From the IMG/VR virus record IMGVR_UViG_3300027924_001186, positions 1 to 64,000 of that record: a stretch of 64,000 nucleotides of DNA. One strand, written 5' to 3'. The notes beneath the pieces are model-generated. The model was not told the DNA's origin, did no database searches, and saw only the letters and a program-made list of their open reading frames with translations. Each line of letters opens with the position of its first letter. Position 1 is the stretch's first letter. This document shows positions 21,844-32,230 of the stretch, piece by piece. The stretch is from a virus. Lineage: Duplodnaviria; Caudoviricetes. A program made the translations under genes and the position numbers.

Positions 21844-22757
21844 TGAGGTATACTATGAATGAAACGCCAGAGTTTCCATCGTTGAAGTTGCTTAAAAGAG
21901 GTAAAGTTAGAGATGTTTGGGAAGTCGATGATCAGCATCTTCTTATCTACACCACGGATAGAGTCTCCGTGTTCGATTCCATTCTTCCAACAATGATTCC
22001 TGGTAGAGGGGAGTTGCTGACAACCTCTACCCGCTATTGGTGCGATAAGACCAAATGGATCATCCCCAATCATATCAGCCGAGCCAAGATCACTCTCGAT
22101 CAAGTTCTACCGAATGCCGACGAGCGTACTAATGCCTGTAAGGCCTGCCAAATCGTCCGCAAGTATAAGCCACTACCCATAGAAGCCATCGTACGAGGTT
22201 TCTTGTATGGTAATGCCTGGGTCGAGTATTCCGAATACGGCACGATGAATGGCTCCCCGCTCCCTGAAGGAATGCAAAAAGCGCAAGCCTTCCGCTACTC
22301 GCATTTCACTCCGACGACCAAGGCTCCGGCTGGCGAACACGATCGCCCGATGTCGCAAGAAGAATTCATCGATGTCTTGGGGTCTGATTTGGCGGACAAA
22401 ATCGTTAATCAGTCCATCTTCCTTTATGAGTTTGCTGCTCACCATCTTCTAAAGAAGGGCTACATCTTAGCCGATACGAAATTCGAGTTCGCCTTGGATG
22501 AGGAGGGCGAATTGGTCTTGATTGATGAGGTGATTACTCCTGATGGTAGTCGAATCTGGAGTAAGGATCTTTATCAACCCGGGAAAAATCAACTATCTTA
22601 CGATAAGGAGATCGTTAGAGAGTACGTCTCATCGTATATCGCGGCTCACGCCAATGAGCCGATCGATGTTTCTAAAATTCTTCTGCCCGAAGAAGTTGTC
22701 ACATTGACTTATAATCGTTATCACCAATTCGTCGAATCACTAACTCAGGAGGTGTAA
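21843..22757 (+). CDS. purC: SAICAR synthetase
   Basis: RGKVRDVW, TDRVSVFD, EAIVRGFLYG, FTPTTKA, LADTKFEF, IDEVITPDGSRIW. Confidence 0.94.
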   Translation: MRYTMNETPEFPSLKLLKRGKVRDVWEVDDQHLLIYTTDRVSVFDSILPTMIPGRGELLTTSTRYWCDKTKWIIPNHISRAKITLDQVLPNADERTNACKACQIVRKYKPLPIEAIVRGFLYGNAWVEYSEYGTMNGSPLPEGMQKAQAFRYSHFTPTTKAPAGEHDRPMSQEEFIDVLGSDLADKIVNQSIFLYEFAAHHLLKKGYILADTKFEFALDEEGELVLIDEVITPDGSRIWSKDLYQPGKNQLSYDKEIVREYVSSYIAAHANEPIDVSKILLPEEVVTLTYNRYHQFVESLTQEV

Positions 22758-22758
22758 T

Positions 22759-23124
22759 ATGAACCCACGTAAAGCCGCTACCTTGGTTGCCACGCTCGTT
22801 GAATATGCTGTTAAAAATGTAAATCTCGCCGTCGATGCTCTGGATCTTCAGAGAGAAGAGTTTGATGACGATGACGATTTCTTCGACGGCATTATGACTC
22901 ACACTGCTGCTGAAACGGACGATTTCATCGTAGATATGGCAACATCGGAACCGTATCTCCCTTCAACTATTGATGCTCTTCAGGAGAAGGGGTATCGAGT
23001 GGTAGAAGAAGAAGATGATGATGATGATGATGAATCTGAGTGTTGCCCACAAAAAATGGCAGAATGCTTAGTCCGTTTGCTTGGAAAGAAAGCAGCGGTT
23101 ATGATGGTTATGGAACAGGAATAA
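22759..23124 (+). CDS. Acidic hypothetical protein
   Basis: AGGAGG RBS; poly-D/E tracts. Confidence 0.6.
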   Translation: MNPRKAATLVATLVEYAVKNVNLAVDALDLQREEFDDDDDFFDGIMTHTAAETDDFIVDMATSEPYLPSTIDALQEKGYRVVEEEDDDDDDESECCPQKMAECLVRLLGKKAAVMMVMEQE

Positions 23125-23134
23125 CCTATTAAGA

Positions 23135-23368
23135 ATGGTGGGGGTTATCGTTATGAAAAACATTGATTTTGATGGTGATCACATCATGTGGATGGTGGTG
23201 GTATCCACGGTAGCCGCCGCCATTCTATGGTTAGCCCTGATTATTAAATCTTACTATTCCGAACAAACCGAGATGTTTCTAAAGGCTGGATGCGAGCAAT
23301 CTTATGTAGCAGGAAGAACAGAACAGATATGGATTAATTGCAAAAAACCGCTGGAGATAGCACAGTGA
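23135..23368 (+). CDS. Small membrane protein
   Basis: One hydrophobic segment. Confidence 0.5.
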   Translation: MVGVIVMKNIDFDGDHIMWMVVVSTVAAAILWLALIIKSYYSEQTEMFLKAGCEQSYVAGRTEQIWINCKKPLEIAQ

Positions 23369-24522
23369 ATAAGACCATTATGATATTAGGGGGAGATGGT
23401 TACCTCGGTTGGAGTCTTGGTCTTTTTAGATCTTTCTTTACCGATGATAAAGTCATTCTCGTCGATTCTTATCTGAAAAGAGATCTACAGAAGTCCTTGG
23501 GTATCAGGGAACTCTATGAGTTCCCTCTTCTCCAGGAGAGGATTAGATACTATTCCGGCAAGACAGGAAAACGCAACCTGTCGGGTCTTTCTGTCGATGT
23601 CTCTAACTACGACTCTATCGCATCGGTGATAGAGCGATATAAGCCCGATGTGATAGTCAATTCCGCGCATCAGCCATCGGCGCCGTATTCGATGATGAAT
23701 CCGGATGCCGCCGCATTGACGATCACGAACAATGAAAAGTCGTGTCTAAATGCTCTTTGGGCGGTGCGTGATCATTGCCCGGAGAGTACCATTATCAATA
23801 TAGGTTCCGCTGGAGCTTATCAATCTATCGATACCGATTTCGTTCCCGAAACTCGAAAGATGTTCTATTTCCATCACGTTGGAAATAAGCACACCATCTT
23901 TAATTCTTGGTTACCGATGCAGGCATCTGATATTTACCATCAATCGAAGGTTCATACCTTCGGCTTAACCGAGATGTGCACCGGTATTTGGAATCTCAAA
24001 GTCATCACCGTTCAACAGAGTGTGATATTCGGTCAATGCGCAGAAGGAGAGTTAAATGATCCGGGTCTGTATTCTCGTTTTAACTATGATCATATTTTCG
24101 GTACTGTGCTAAATCGATTCGCTTGTCAAGCCGTTAAGGGGGTGCCACTCACGGTTTATGGTGACGGGCAAGCACAAACCAATGTTATCTGTCTCTGCGA
24201 GGTTTTAAGAGGTATAAGTGGTTTGATGGATTTAGATGTCGTTCCAGGATCTCATAAGGTGGTAAATCACTTTACCAAGACTATGAATATTCAGGGAATC
24301 GCAGAAAAGGTTATAGAAATCTTTGGTAAGGGAGAAATCGAACATATCGAGAATCCGAGAGAAGAGAAGAAATGCTATCAGATCAAAACATTCGAGAATC
24401 ATTCATCAAACTCGGAGTCCAACATCGACCGCAGCATTCGCAATACACTTGATTTTGCCGACCGTTTCAGTTATAATATAGATCCCGGTCAATTTACACC
24501 GACTATCAAGTGGCGAGGTTGA
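23365..24522 (+). CDS. sqdB: UDP-sulfoquinovose synthase-like extended SDR
   Basis: ILGGDGYLGW, QPSAPYSM, YHQSK, RFNYDHIFGTVLNRFACQAVKGVPLTVYGDG parallel SqdB/SQD1 motifs. Confidence 0.7.
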   Translation: MNKTIMILGGDGYLGWSLGLFRSFFTDDKVILVDSYLKRDLQKSLGIRELYEFPLLQERIRYYSGKTGKRNLSGLSVDVSNYDSIASVIERYKPDVIVNSAHQPSAPYSMMNPDAAALTITNNEKSCLNALWAVRDHCPESTIINIGSAGAYQSIDTDFVPETRKMFYFHHVGNKHTIFNSWLPMQASDIYHQSKVHTFGLTEMCTGIWNLKVITVQQSVIFGQCAEGELNDPGLYSRFNYDHIFGTVLNRFACQAVKGVPLTVYGDGQAQTNVICLCEVLRGISGLMDLDVVPGSHKVVNHFTKTMNIQGIAEKVIEIFGKGEIEHIENPREEKKCYQIKTFENHSSNSESNIDRSIRNTLDFADRFSYNIDPGQFTPTIKWRG

Positions 24523-24525
24523 AAT

Positions 24526-24795
24526 ATGGCAGCAAAGAACGACATTACCGGCGATACCATCACTTCCAAGGCGGCTACGGACGCCTTTAGGGAGGGGTGG
24601 GATCGTATTTTTAATCATAAAGATGGCGATGATGTTTTAATCGAAAGAGATTATAACGATGGCTATCTTATTACGGCAGCCGGCAATAGAACTATGATTA
24701 GGTTGACGAAGAAGCAGTATGATAGTCTGGTTAAAACTATCTTAACGAAGGTGACAGCCGAGCAGGTAGCCGAAGCCTTGAAGGAGGATAAATGA
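24526..24795 (+). CDS. Hypothetical protein
   Basis: KNDITGDTI...WDRIF motif seen in small T4-like phage proteins. Confidence 0.55.
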   Translation: MAAKNDITGDTITSKAATDAFREGWDRIFNHKDGDDVLIERDYNDGYLITAAGNRTMIRLTKKQYDSLVKTILTKVTAEQVAEALKEDK

Positions 24796-25730
24796 GAGAA
24801 CAGTCGCTATTCGTAGAAAAGTATCGTCCTCAAACTATCAACGAGTGTATTCTTCCGCCGCGCCTTAAAGACTTCTTTCAGGCACAAGTGGATAAAGGAG
24901 AGATTCAAAACATGCTCCTTATCGGTGGAGCGGGAACGGGTAAGACAACCGCCGCTAAAGCCCTATGCAGAGAACTGGGTGTCGATGTTCTGTTTATCAA
25001 TGCCTCGGAGAGCGGTGGTATCGACACTATCAGAGTAGAGATCCGTTCCTTCGCTTCCACTATCTCCTTCGTCGACGGTAAGGTTAAGTGCGTTATATTA
25101 GACGAGGCGGACTATCTGAGTGCGGCAGCTCAACCGGCTTTGCGCGCTTTCATCGAAGAGTTTTCATCTAACTGTCGTTTTATTCTGACGGCGAACTACG
25201 CCAATCGAATCATCGATCCGATCAAGAGTAGATGCGCCGTCATCGATTTTGTGATGAACAAAGAAGAAAAAGCGGCGAGCATTTTGTGTTTCAACAAGAG
25301 AGCGAAAAGTATCTTGGAGGGTGAAGAAATCGTCTTTGACAAGAAGGATCTTGCCGAAGTGGTGATGAAGTATTTTCCGGATTATAGAAAGATCCTGAAC
25401 GAATTGCAAAGACATAGCCACTCCGGCGAACTCAAGATATCCGCGTTATCGGGTGTCAGCGATGAAGCCATCAAACAAGTGATGCGATTCGTCAAGGAGA
25501 AGAAATTTGGTGAATACCGCAAGTGGGTAGCACAGAACGCGGATATCGACTTCTCGACTCTAATCAGAGCTATCTTCGATAGGATGGGCGAGTTCGTTGA
25601 AAGTCAGGACATTCCAGAACTTGTTCTGATTCTATCGGAATACGATTACAAGAGGGCGTTCGTGGTAGATGTAGAAATCTTAACAACGGCAATGCTTACC
25701 CAAATCATGGGCTCTATCAAATTTAAGTGA
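24792..25730 (+). CDS. 44: gp44 clamp loader large subunit
   Basis: LFVEKYRP, GGAGTGKT, INAS, LDEAD, SRC. Confidence 0.94.
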   Translation: MREQSLFVEKYRPQTINECILPPRLKDFFQAQVDKGEIQNMLLIGGAGTGKTTAAKALCRELGVDVLFINASESGGIDTIRVEIRSFASTISFVDGKVKCVILDEADYLSAAAQPALRAFIEEFSSNCRFILTANYANRIIDPIKSRCAVIDFVMNKEEKAASILCFNKRAKSILEGEEIVFDKKDLAEVVMKYFPDYRKILNELQRHSHSGELKISALSGVSDEAIKQVMRFVKEKKFGEYRKWVAQNADIDFSTLIRAIFDRMGEFVESQDIPELVLILSEYDYKRAFVVDVEILTTAMLTQIMGSIKFK

Positions 25731-25739
25731 GGTGAAACG

Positions 25740-26063
25740 ATGAAACTATATATCAATCATACAGATCCCGACAGGGTTAGAGAAATCGTCGAAAAGTTGG
25801 TTAATGCGGCAGGAAGATCGGTTTTGATGGAGAAGCCCGATATAGATAAAGGGCTTATCGATAAAGTGGTGAAAGTGGTAAAGAATGTGATGAACGACAC
25901 TATGGATACTCTTTTACTTGGATCTTCGAGCACCATCATCGAGTTCGATATCGAGAATGCTGTCGGTCAAGCATTCGAGAATATCGCAAAGATGGTTAAA
26001 TGGGAAAGAGAAGAAGACATGCAAGAGGAAGCGTCGAAGACTGAGAGCGAAGATAACGATTGA
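25740..26063 (+). CDS. Hypothetical protein
   Basis: GAGGTG RBS; between gp44 and gp62. Confidence 0.6.
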   Translation: MKLYINHTDPDRVREIVEKLVNAAGRSVLMEKPDIDKGLIDKVVKVVKNVMNDTMDTLLLGSSSTIIEFDIENAVGQAFENIAKMVKWEREEDMQEEASKTESEDND

Positions 26064-26074
26064 GGTAACTCGAT

Positions 26075-26503
26075 ATGAGCGGGTTATTCGATACCATCAA
26101 TCTAATTCACACCAAAGATCATTACCCTAATGACGATGAGATGGCAGAATACTCATCGTTCATGGGTAATCGCGCTCTATCTCAATTTCAGGAGTTAATC
26201 TTTCACGCTCAAGCTATGAACGAGAACTGGGGTATACCAAAGGAAGCCAACTTCGCGTTCTATTTCCACAGTGTGTCTAAGAAGAAGCGTTTCTCGAAAT
26301 GGGCTAAGAAGGATGATGCGGAAGAAGAGAAGATCAAAAAGATAAAAGAACTATATGGCTATTCGACTATCAAAGCCAAAGAGATCATCCCAATCATAGA
26401 TCAGTTAGGTTTATGGGAACAGATAGATAGAGATCTAAACAGGGGAGGTTCTAAGGGAAGGGTTAAGAAAAAGAAAGGAGTGCCATATAAATCTTCTAAA
26501 TAG
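26075..26503 (+). CDS. 62: gp62 clamp loader small subunit
   Basis: YSSFMGNRALS, AQAMN, KKKRFSKWAK, YGYSTIKAKE, GG C-terminus. Confidence 0.88.
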   Translation: MSGLFDTINLIHTKDHYPNDDEMAEYSSFMGNRALSQFQELIFHAQAMNENWGIPKEANFAFYFHSVSKKKRFSKWAKKDDAEEEKIKKIKELYGYSTIKAKEIIPIIDQLGLWEQIDRDLNRGGSKGRVKKKKGVPYKSSK

Positions 26504-26549
26504 ATAAGAACCTTGGTGTTCTAATAAAAATAATGAAGGAGATTTTACT

Positions 26550-27030
26550 ATGACACAATCAATAGATTCTGAAGAATTGCTCTCATCTTTTATTTGGATT
26601 GAACCTCTCGATAGTGATTCGTTCTTTAAGGTTAAAGAAACCTTAACACGAATGCGGTCTGGTGAGTAGAAAAGAGGGAGATAAGAAACCGACGCTCTGG
26701 CAAAGCGGACATATCCTCCATAAACGTGGACAATATGCCATTGTCCACTTCAAGCAGCTCTTTCTATTAGATGGAAGATCGAAGCAAACAGATTTCTCTC
26801 CGGAAGATGCCGAGAGAATCAAACTCATAGCTTGGCTCCTACAAGACTGGGGGCTAATTAAATTGAAGAAATCTTTTGAAATTAACGAAAAGACATCGGA
26901 TGTGGTTGTTATATCGTATGCAGAGAAACCGAATTGGTCGTGCCGAGCGAAATATACCATCCGGAAAAATAAAGAAAATCAAGGAGATACACGAGTAATA
27001 AGCCAGTTTTTATATTTTATGGTTTCTTGA
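26550..27030 (+). CDS. regA: RegA translational repressor; +1 insertion at 26655
   Basis: FFKVKETLTRM-G-LVSRKE...LWQSGHILHKRGQYAIVHFKQLFLLDG after removing the C (159 aa). Confidence 0.9.
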
Positions 27031-27759
27031 AATTTCGGACATCCGGACAGAACTGGACACTATACCAACTCTTTTCAAAAAATCTTGACGGGTAATTAGT
27101 TCTTCTTGATTAGATTGGGTGTCTTTAACGATATAGAGGATATTGCGGACATTTTGCCAATGGTAAGGGCGACCCTTAACCCACCCTTCGGGTATCATCT
27201 CATTTGAAAATATTCGTTTGGTTATGATTCCATCGGTAATCCAAATCTTATTTTTCATTTTTTCAACGAAGGATGCCGGCTGTGGTACGCCCTTTCCGGA
27301 TTCCGATATTTTATCTCGAGTTGAGTCGGATACGGCATAGCCTTTTACTTTTAAGGTATCAAGTCGTTTTTCTATCGAATCTCTAGACATCTTTTTACCG
27401 ATATGAGAAACAGATATCTTATTTTTAACTTCGTCGGTCATCTCATAGATAGCCCACTTCCATGATCCGCCTCTTTTATTGAGGAAGTATGTTTTTTTGG
27501 TAACTTTGAGTCTGTCTAGAACTTTAGATTCCCAAAGACGAGTAGATTTAGCATCGATGAATGTCTTTCGAATTTGAATGATATCGGGCTCACCGTGTTC
27601 TTCGCGGAACTTTCGAACATGCTTCGATGAAGTGAAGTAAGAAGACCAAAGATTGCTAGGGTGCGCTACTCGACCAGCGTTTTTACTATATTCACAGCCA
27701 TAATAAAAGGTGTGTAATCTACCCCATCCGATAAGATAGGTGTATGGTAAGTATTCCAT
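27010..27759 (-). CDS. GIY-YIG-like homing endonuclease (PYTYLIGW family), intact
   Basis: YTYLIGW...FYYG...LWSSYFTSSK...HGEPDII. Confidence 0.8.
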   Translation of the reverse strand: MEYLPYTYLIGWGRLHTFYYGCEYSKNAGRVAHPSNLWSSYFTSSKHVRKFREEHGEPDIIQIRKTFIDAKSTRLWESKVLDRLKVTKKTYFLNKRGGSWKWAIYEMTDEVKNKISVSHIGKKMSRDSIEKRLDTLKVKGYAVSDSTRDKISESGKGVPQPASFVEKMKNKIWITDGIITKRIFSNEMIPEGWVKGRPYHWQNVRNILYIVKDTQSNQEELITRQDFLKRVGIVSSSVRMSEISRNHKI

Positions 27760-27769
27760 TGGATTTCCT

Positions 27770-27798
27770 TTTTATAAATATACGGTATATTTATAAAA
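27770..27798. promoter_or_regulatory. Palindromic pair of opposed late promoters
   Basis: TTTTATAAATATAC-G-GTATATTTATAAAA, 14-bp arms each containing TATAAATA. Confidence 0.7.
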
Positions 27799-27822
27799 TA
27801 CACTATTAGGAGAATTAAATGT

Positions 27823-28539
27823 ATGAGAAAACAAAAGCCTAGAAACGCTTTCGTGACGCAGGATACCAATTTTACCGATTTGGGTGTTATTAACATGAGT
27901 CCAACCAAACTGGCTGAAGAACCAAAAGAAGAGAAAATCGAGAGTCGTTATCTTCTCAATGATTCTGAAATCCTAAATCCAGAACAATGGACGACAAGGA
28001 ACAAGGTGATTGTCGGAATCCATAAGATCTATGAAGATGTAGAAACGCCTAGATACTACACTCAAAAGAGTGCTTGCTTCGATCTGCCAGCCTATCTTGG
28101 GAAGGAAATAGTCTGCGTCGATATCTACAATAGAATGTTGATGCATCTTATCAAGACCGTAGCGCCGATGAAGGAAAGAGATGGAGAAAGAGGGTTCAGT
28201 ATCGAGCCAGGAGAAAGCGCGTTCGTCCCCACCGGGTTGATATTTGATATTCCCGAGAACTTTAAGCTTACTCTCTATCCTAGAAGTGGATCCGCCGGAA
28301 AGAAACACCTGAAATTGTCTAACTGCGTCGGTATCGTCGATGAAGATTTTACGAAGCCGACTATGCTTCTTATCTTCAACGATAGCGAACAGCGTCAAAT
28401 CATCTGCCATGGAGATAGATTAGCTCAGGCAGAAATCGTCCCCGTCTATAAAGCCCTCTTCGAGATCAGCGATGAACCCATTGCACAGAAGACCGATAGA
28501 GAAGGCGGATTCGGGCATACTGGTACTAAAGTGGTTTAA
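27823..28539 (+). CDS. dut: dUTPase
   Basis: SACFDL, VPTGL, PRSG, GIVDED, GDRLAQ, REGGFGHTG. Confidence 0.93.
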   Translation: MRKQKPRNAFVTQDTNFTDLGVINMSPTKLAEEPKEEKIESRYLLNDSEILNPEQWTTRNKVIVGIHKIYEDVETPRYYTQKSACFDLPAYLGKEIVCVDIYNRMLMHLIKTVAPMKERDGERGFSIEPGESAFVPTGLIFDIPENFKLTLYPRSGSAGKKHLKLSNCVGIVDEDFTKPTMLLIFNDSEQRQIICHGDRLAQAEIVPVYKALFEISDEPIAQKTDREGGFGHTGTKVV

Positions 28540-28548
28540 GGAGTCGTT

Positions 28549-28833
28549 ATGATTAAAGCGTTCTATCTGCCCCAGGGGCTTATTATCGGCGATGTGTCTT
28601 ATTCATTGACGGGTGAAAAAATAATGGTGAAGAATCCCGCAATGGTGATTGTTCGCCAATCCGAGGTTATCTTAGCTCCACTTCTTCATCTAGTCGAAGA
28701 GAATCAAATCGAACTCGATATGAAAGATGTTGCCTTTAATTCCTTGTTTACACCGAAGCGCGAACTGGAAAATCATTACAATCAAATCTATGGGAGCGGG
28801 TTAGTTTTAACCACATCGATGCCTAGCACTTGA
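28549..28833 (+). CDS. Hypothetical protein upstream of gp43
   Basis: AAGGAG RBS; ...YNQIYGSGLV C-terminus typical of T4-like small proteins. Confidence 0.65.
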   Translation: MIKAFYLPQGLIIGDVSYSLTGEKIMVKNPAMVIVRQSEVILAPLLHLVEENQIELDMKDVAFNSLFTPKRELENHYNQIYGSGLVLTTSMPST

Positions 28834-28858
28834 CATCATCCGATCGATGTTGTATAAT
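28830..28858 (+). promoter_or_regulatory. Sigma70-type promoter upstream of gp43
   Basis: TTGACA-N17-TATAAT. Confidence 0.75.
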
Positions 28859-28879
28859 GCGTCAAATTGGTGAGAGGAG

Positions 28880-31429
28880 GTGGCGATGGCATTTTATACG
28901 AATGTGGAACAAGTTGGTAACCGTATCTTTCACAGATATGTCGACGATAATGGAAAATCTAAAATTGAGATTATCAAGGAGTTTCCGCTACAGCTTTATG
29001 TGAAGAAGAGACCGCAGAACTCCAGTCCTGCAAAGACGGTATCTTTGATGGGGGATCCTTTAATACCTGTCGACTTCGACAATATAGCGGATGCAAGAGA
29101 ATTCGTAAAAGAGTACCAGGAAACGCAAGATATTTTCGGTCAAACGCAATTCTTATATCAGTTCATCGCCAATAGATATAAGGAAACCATTTCCTTCGAT
29201 TTCTCAAAAATCAAGATTTTGGTTATCGATATGGAGACGGCTTATGATTCCTCCGGGTTCCCAACTCCTGATAGAGCGCAGCAGCCTATCCTGGCGATAG
29301 GTTGCAAAGTTCTGGGGGAGAAGAACCCCTTCGTAGTCTTTGGAACGAAGGATAATACGGTAGATAACTACTATTCCTATATTCGATGCAATGATGAAGA
29401 ACATCTTCTGAGGTCATTTCAAGCATACTGGAGAGAAGTTAGCCCCGATATCGTGACGGGATGGAATGTCGAGGGGTTCGATATCCCTTACCTAATCAAC
29501 CGTTGCAACAGGGTGATGGGAGACGACTTCACGAAGAAGTTTAGTCCCTTTCACGGATCTATCGATAAGTGCATCACTCCCTATGAGATCAAAGCACAGA
29601 AGATCAACTCCTTCGATATAGTGGGCATCAGTATCGTCGATTACCTCCCGCTCTATAAGAAGTATTCGACAGCGACTTTGGAGAGTTACAGGCTAGATGT
29701 GGTGGCTCGCTATGAACTGGGTATCGGTAAAGTCGATTACTCGGAATACGATGGGTTGATGGGTCTGTACGAGAAGAACTTCGAACTCTTCTGCTACTAT
29801 AACTATATGGATGTCAAGATCATCGAAGACTTGGAGAGTAAGCTCAACTTCTTGTTTCTTCTGGCTACGGTATCTTACCTCGGCAAATCCAATTACCTCG
29901 ATTCTATGGGTGTGGTTCGCTGGTGGGATGTTTACATCTATAACGAACTCTTGAAGAAGAACATTCAGATTCCGCCCAGTAAAAAGGTCAGCTCCGATAC
30001 GACTATCGTCGGTGCCTTCGTTAAGGACCCGATACCCAAACTCTACTCGTGGATAGTCACATTAGATTTGACATCGCTATATCCCAGCATCATTATGTCT
30101 TTCAATTTGAGCCCGGAGAAAGCGTATAAGACCGCTATCTACGAACTCGATAAGATCATCGATCTTATCGATATGAAAGAGGACTTGAGTTGGATTAAAG
30201 AAGTAGATGTGGCTATGCTGGCTAATGGAGCCACATTCAAACGAGATGGACAAGGCATTCTTCCCGAGTTAGTTGCAGGGATGTTCTCCTCCAGAAAGGC
30301 GTTTAAGAAGCACATGCTGAAAGCCACGGGAGAATTGGAAGAGATGAAGAAGTCCGGAGCCGATCCATCTACCTTAAAAGAGAAAGAGGCGGAAGTGGCG
30401 ACCTATAATTGCCGACAGCAGGCGTATAAGATCTCATTGAACTCTCTTTATGGCGCCACAGCTAACGCCTACTTTCGCTATAACTCGAGAGATATCTCGG
30501 AAGGCATCACGATGACCGGGCAATTGGTCATCAGGTATATCAGTAAGAGATTGAATGTCTATTTGAACGATCTTTTCAAAACGCAAGATGTCGATTATGT
30601 CATCTTCAACGACACCGACTCTGCGGGGCTCAATCTCGAGTACTTCGTTAATAAGATGTTCGAAGACCAATCCGACAAGCAAAAGATTGTCAATTTCCTA
30701 GATAAGTTTGTTCAGAAGTACATCGATCCCTATCTTACGAAGGAGTTCCAAAGACTAGCAGATTATCTCAATGCCTTTGAAAATCGATTGAGTATGAATC
30801 GAGAAGTGATCGCCGATAAAGGACTTTGGAGAGGAAAGAAGAATTACATCTTGCAAATGTATGATAAGGAAGGTATTCGTTATACGACACCCAAGATGAA
30901 GATAATGGGGCTCGAGACTGCCAAGTCATCGACTCCCAATATCGTCAGGGAGAATTTAGAGAAGGCAATCAAGATCATTTTAAATGGGTCCGAAGAGGGA
31001 TTACAGGACTTCGTTAAGAAATTCAAAGAAGAGTTCTTCTCGGCATCGATACAGGACATCGCTTTCCCGAGAGGGGTTAGCGACATCGATAAATGGGTGG
31101 CAGCCAACGGGACAATGATGAAGGGGATACCTATTCATGTCAGGGGTTCGGTGGTTTATAATCGACTTCTAAAGATGATACACTCGGGAGAATACGCGCC
31201 CATCAAGAACGGCGATAAGATCAAATTCGTCTATCTAAAGACACCCAACCTAGCGCAATCACATGTTATTGCATTTCTAGATACATTACCAACGGCTTTC
31301 GATTTAGACAAGTCGGTTGATAGGGAAATGCAGTTCAATAAGACGTTTCTCGAACCGCTGAAGTCACTGGCTATAATTGCTAATATGAGTGTTGAAAAAA
31401 TGTCTACTCTAGATTCATTCTTCGAATAA
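28880..31429 (+). CDS. 43: gp43 family B DNA polymerase
   Basis: DMET exo I, GWNVEGFDIPY, DLTSLYPS, KISLNSLYG, NDTDS, KKNY. Confidence 0.97.
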   Translation: MAMAFYTNVEQVGNRIFHRYVDDNGKSKIEIIKEFPLQLYVKKRPQNSSPAKTVSLMGDPLIPVDFDNIADAREFVKEYQETQDIFGQTQFLYQFIANRYKETISFDFSKIKILVIDMETAYDSSGFPTPDRAQQPILAIGCKVLGEKNPFVVFGTKDNTVDNYYSYIRCNDEEHLLRSFQAYWREVSPDIVTGWNVEGFDIPYLINRCNRVMGDDFTKKFSPFHGSIDKCITPYEIKAQKINSFDIVGISIVDYLPLYKKYSTATLESYRLDVVARYELGIGKVDYSEYDGLMGLYEKNFELFCYYNYMDVKIIEDLESKLNFLFLLATVSYLGKSNYLDSMGVVRWWDVYIYNELLKKNIQIPPSKKVSSDTTIVGAFVKDPIPKLYSWIVTLDLTSLYPSIIMSFNLSPEKAYKTAIYELDKIIDLIDMKEDLSWIKEVDVAMLANGATFKRDGQGILPELVAGMFSSRKAFKKHMLKATGELEEMKKSGADPSTLKEKEAEVATYNCRQQAYKISLNSLYGATANAYFRYNSRDISEGITMTGQLVIRYISKRLNVYLNDLFKTQDVDYVIFNDTDSAGLNLEYFVNKMFEDQSDKQKIVNFLDKFVQKYIDPYLTKEFQRLADYLNAFENRLSMNREVIADKGLWRGKKNYILQMYDKEGIRYTTPKMKIMGLETAKSSTPNIVRENLEKAIKIILNGSEEGLQDFVKKFKEEFFSASIQDIAFPRGVSDIDKWVAANGTMMKGIPIHVRGSVVYNRLLKMIHSGEYAPIKNGDKIKFVYLKTPNLAQSHVIAFLDTLPTAFDLDKSVDREMQFNKTFLEPLKSLAIIANMSVEKMSTLDSFFE

Positions 31430-32147
31430 GGATTTACATCTGTCGCCATGCCATCTTTTAAACGGACCAGACGAAATAGATTTTCCGCAATGAGGACAGG
31501 TCTTTTTGATTTGACTCGGATGGTTACCATTTACGAGCATTTTCATATTTGATTCTGACCCTAAAAAATTATGAGATTTATCGATGATTCTTTTCAGATT
31601 TGATTTTGGACCTAACCAATGATGAGTACCGTTTCTGATTCGTTTAGCATTAGTTTTTCTTTGAATCTCTCCACCTAAGAAAGGGTGAGTTCCGTCAACC
31701 ACTCGTTTCAGGGCACTCTTCTTAGCGATTTCACCACCTAAGAAAGGGTGAGTTCCGTCAGTGATGCGTTTAAGGTTATTTTGTTTTTGGGATTCACAAA
31801 ATCCATCTTTTAAAATTCTATACTTCTTAGATGTAATCTTTTCGTGTAATCTATTATTCATAACATAAAACGCTATTGTCATCGAATAATCTTCGGGAAA
31901 CGATTTCCACATTAGATGGTGAATGACATAGTGGGCTTTAGCGGGAACTTTAAGAAGGTTGTGCGCATCTTTAGACCATTCGGATTTCCAAGACTTTGGT
32001 ACGATATGATGACACTCAAATCCGTTTAGGTTTATCTTCGGGCTCGATCGAGATGAAGTGGTTTAAGACTTTGATGAGACGATTAAGATAATGAGGATTT
32101 GAATTGGGCTGTTCAAGAAGGAACTGAACATAAATACTTTTAGGCAT
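31415..32147 (-). CDS. HNH homing endonuclease (MPKSIYV family); +1 insertion at 32024
   Basis: ECHHIVPKS, GTHPFLGGE repeats, CPHC finger; 243 aa after correction. Confidence 0.8.
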
Positions 32148-32221
32148 GATAGCCTCCGCAACAGGTTATTGTGATTAGGGTATAGAGGTGCTTGGAACCA
32201 TCTCTATATCCGCTATTTATA
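32129..32221. promoter_or_regulatory. Endonuclease leader cassette copy 4
   Basis: Same leader; stem needs G-U pairs on the + strand; TATAAATA (-) 32214-32221. Confidence 0.75.
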
Positions 32222-32230
32222 GAGGTATAT

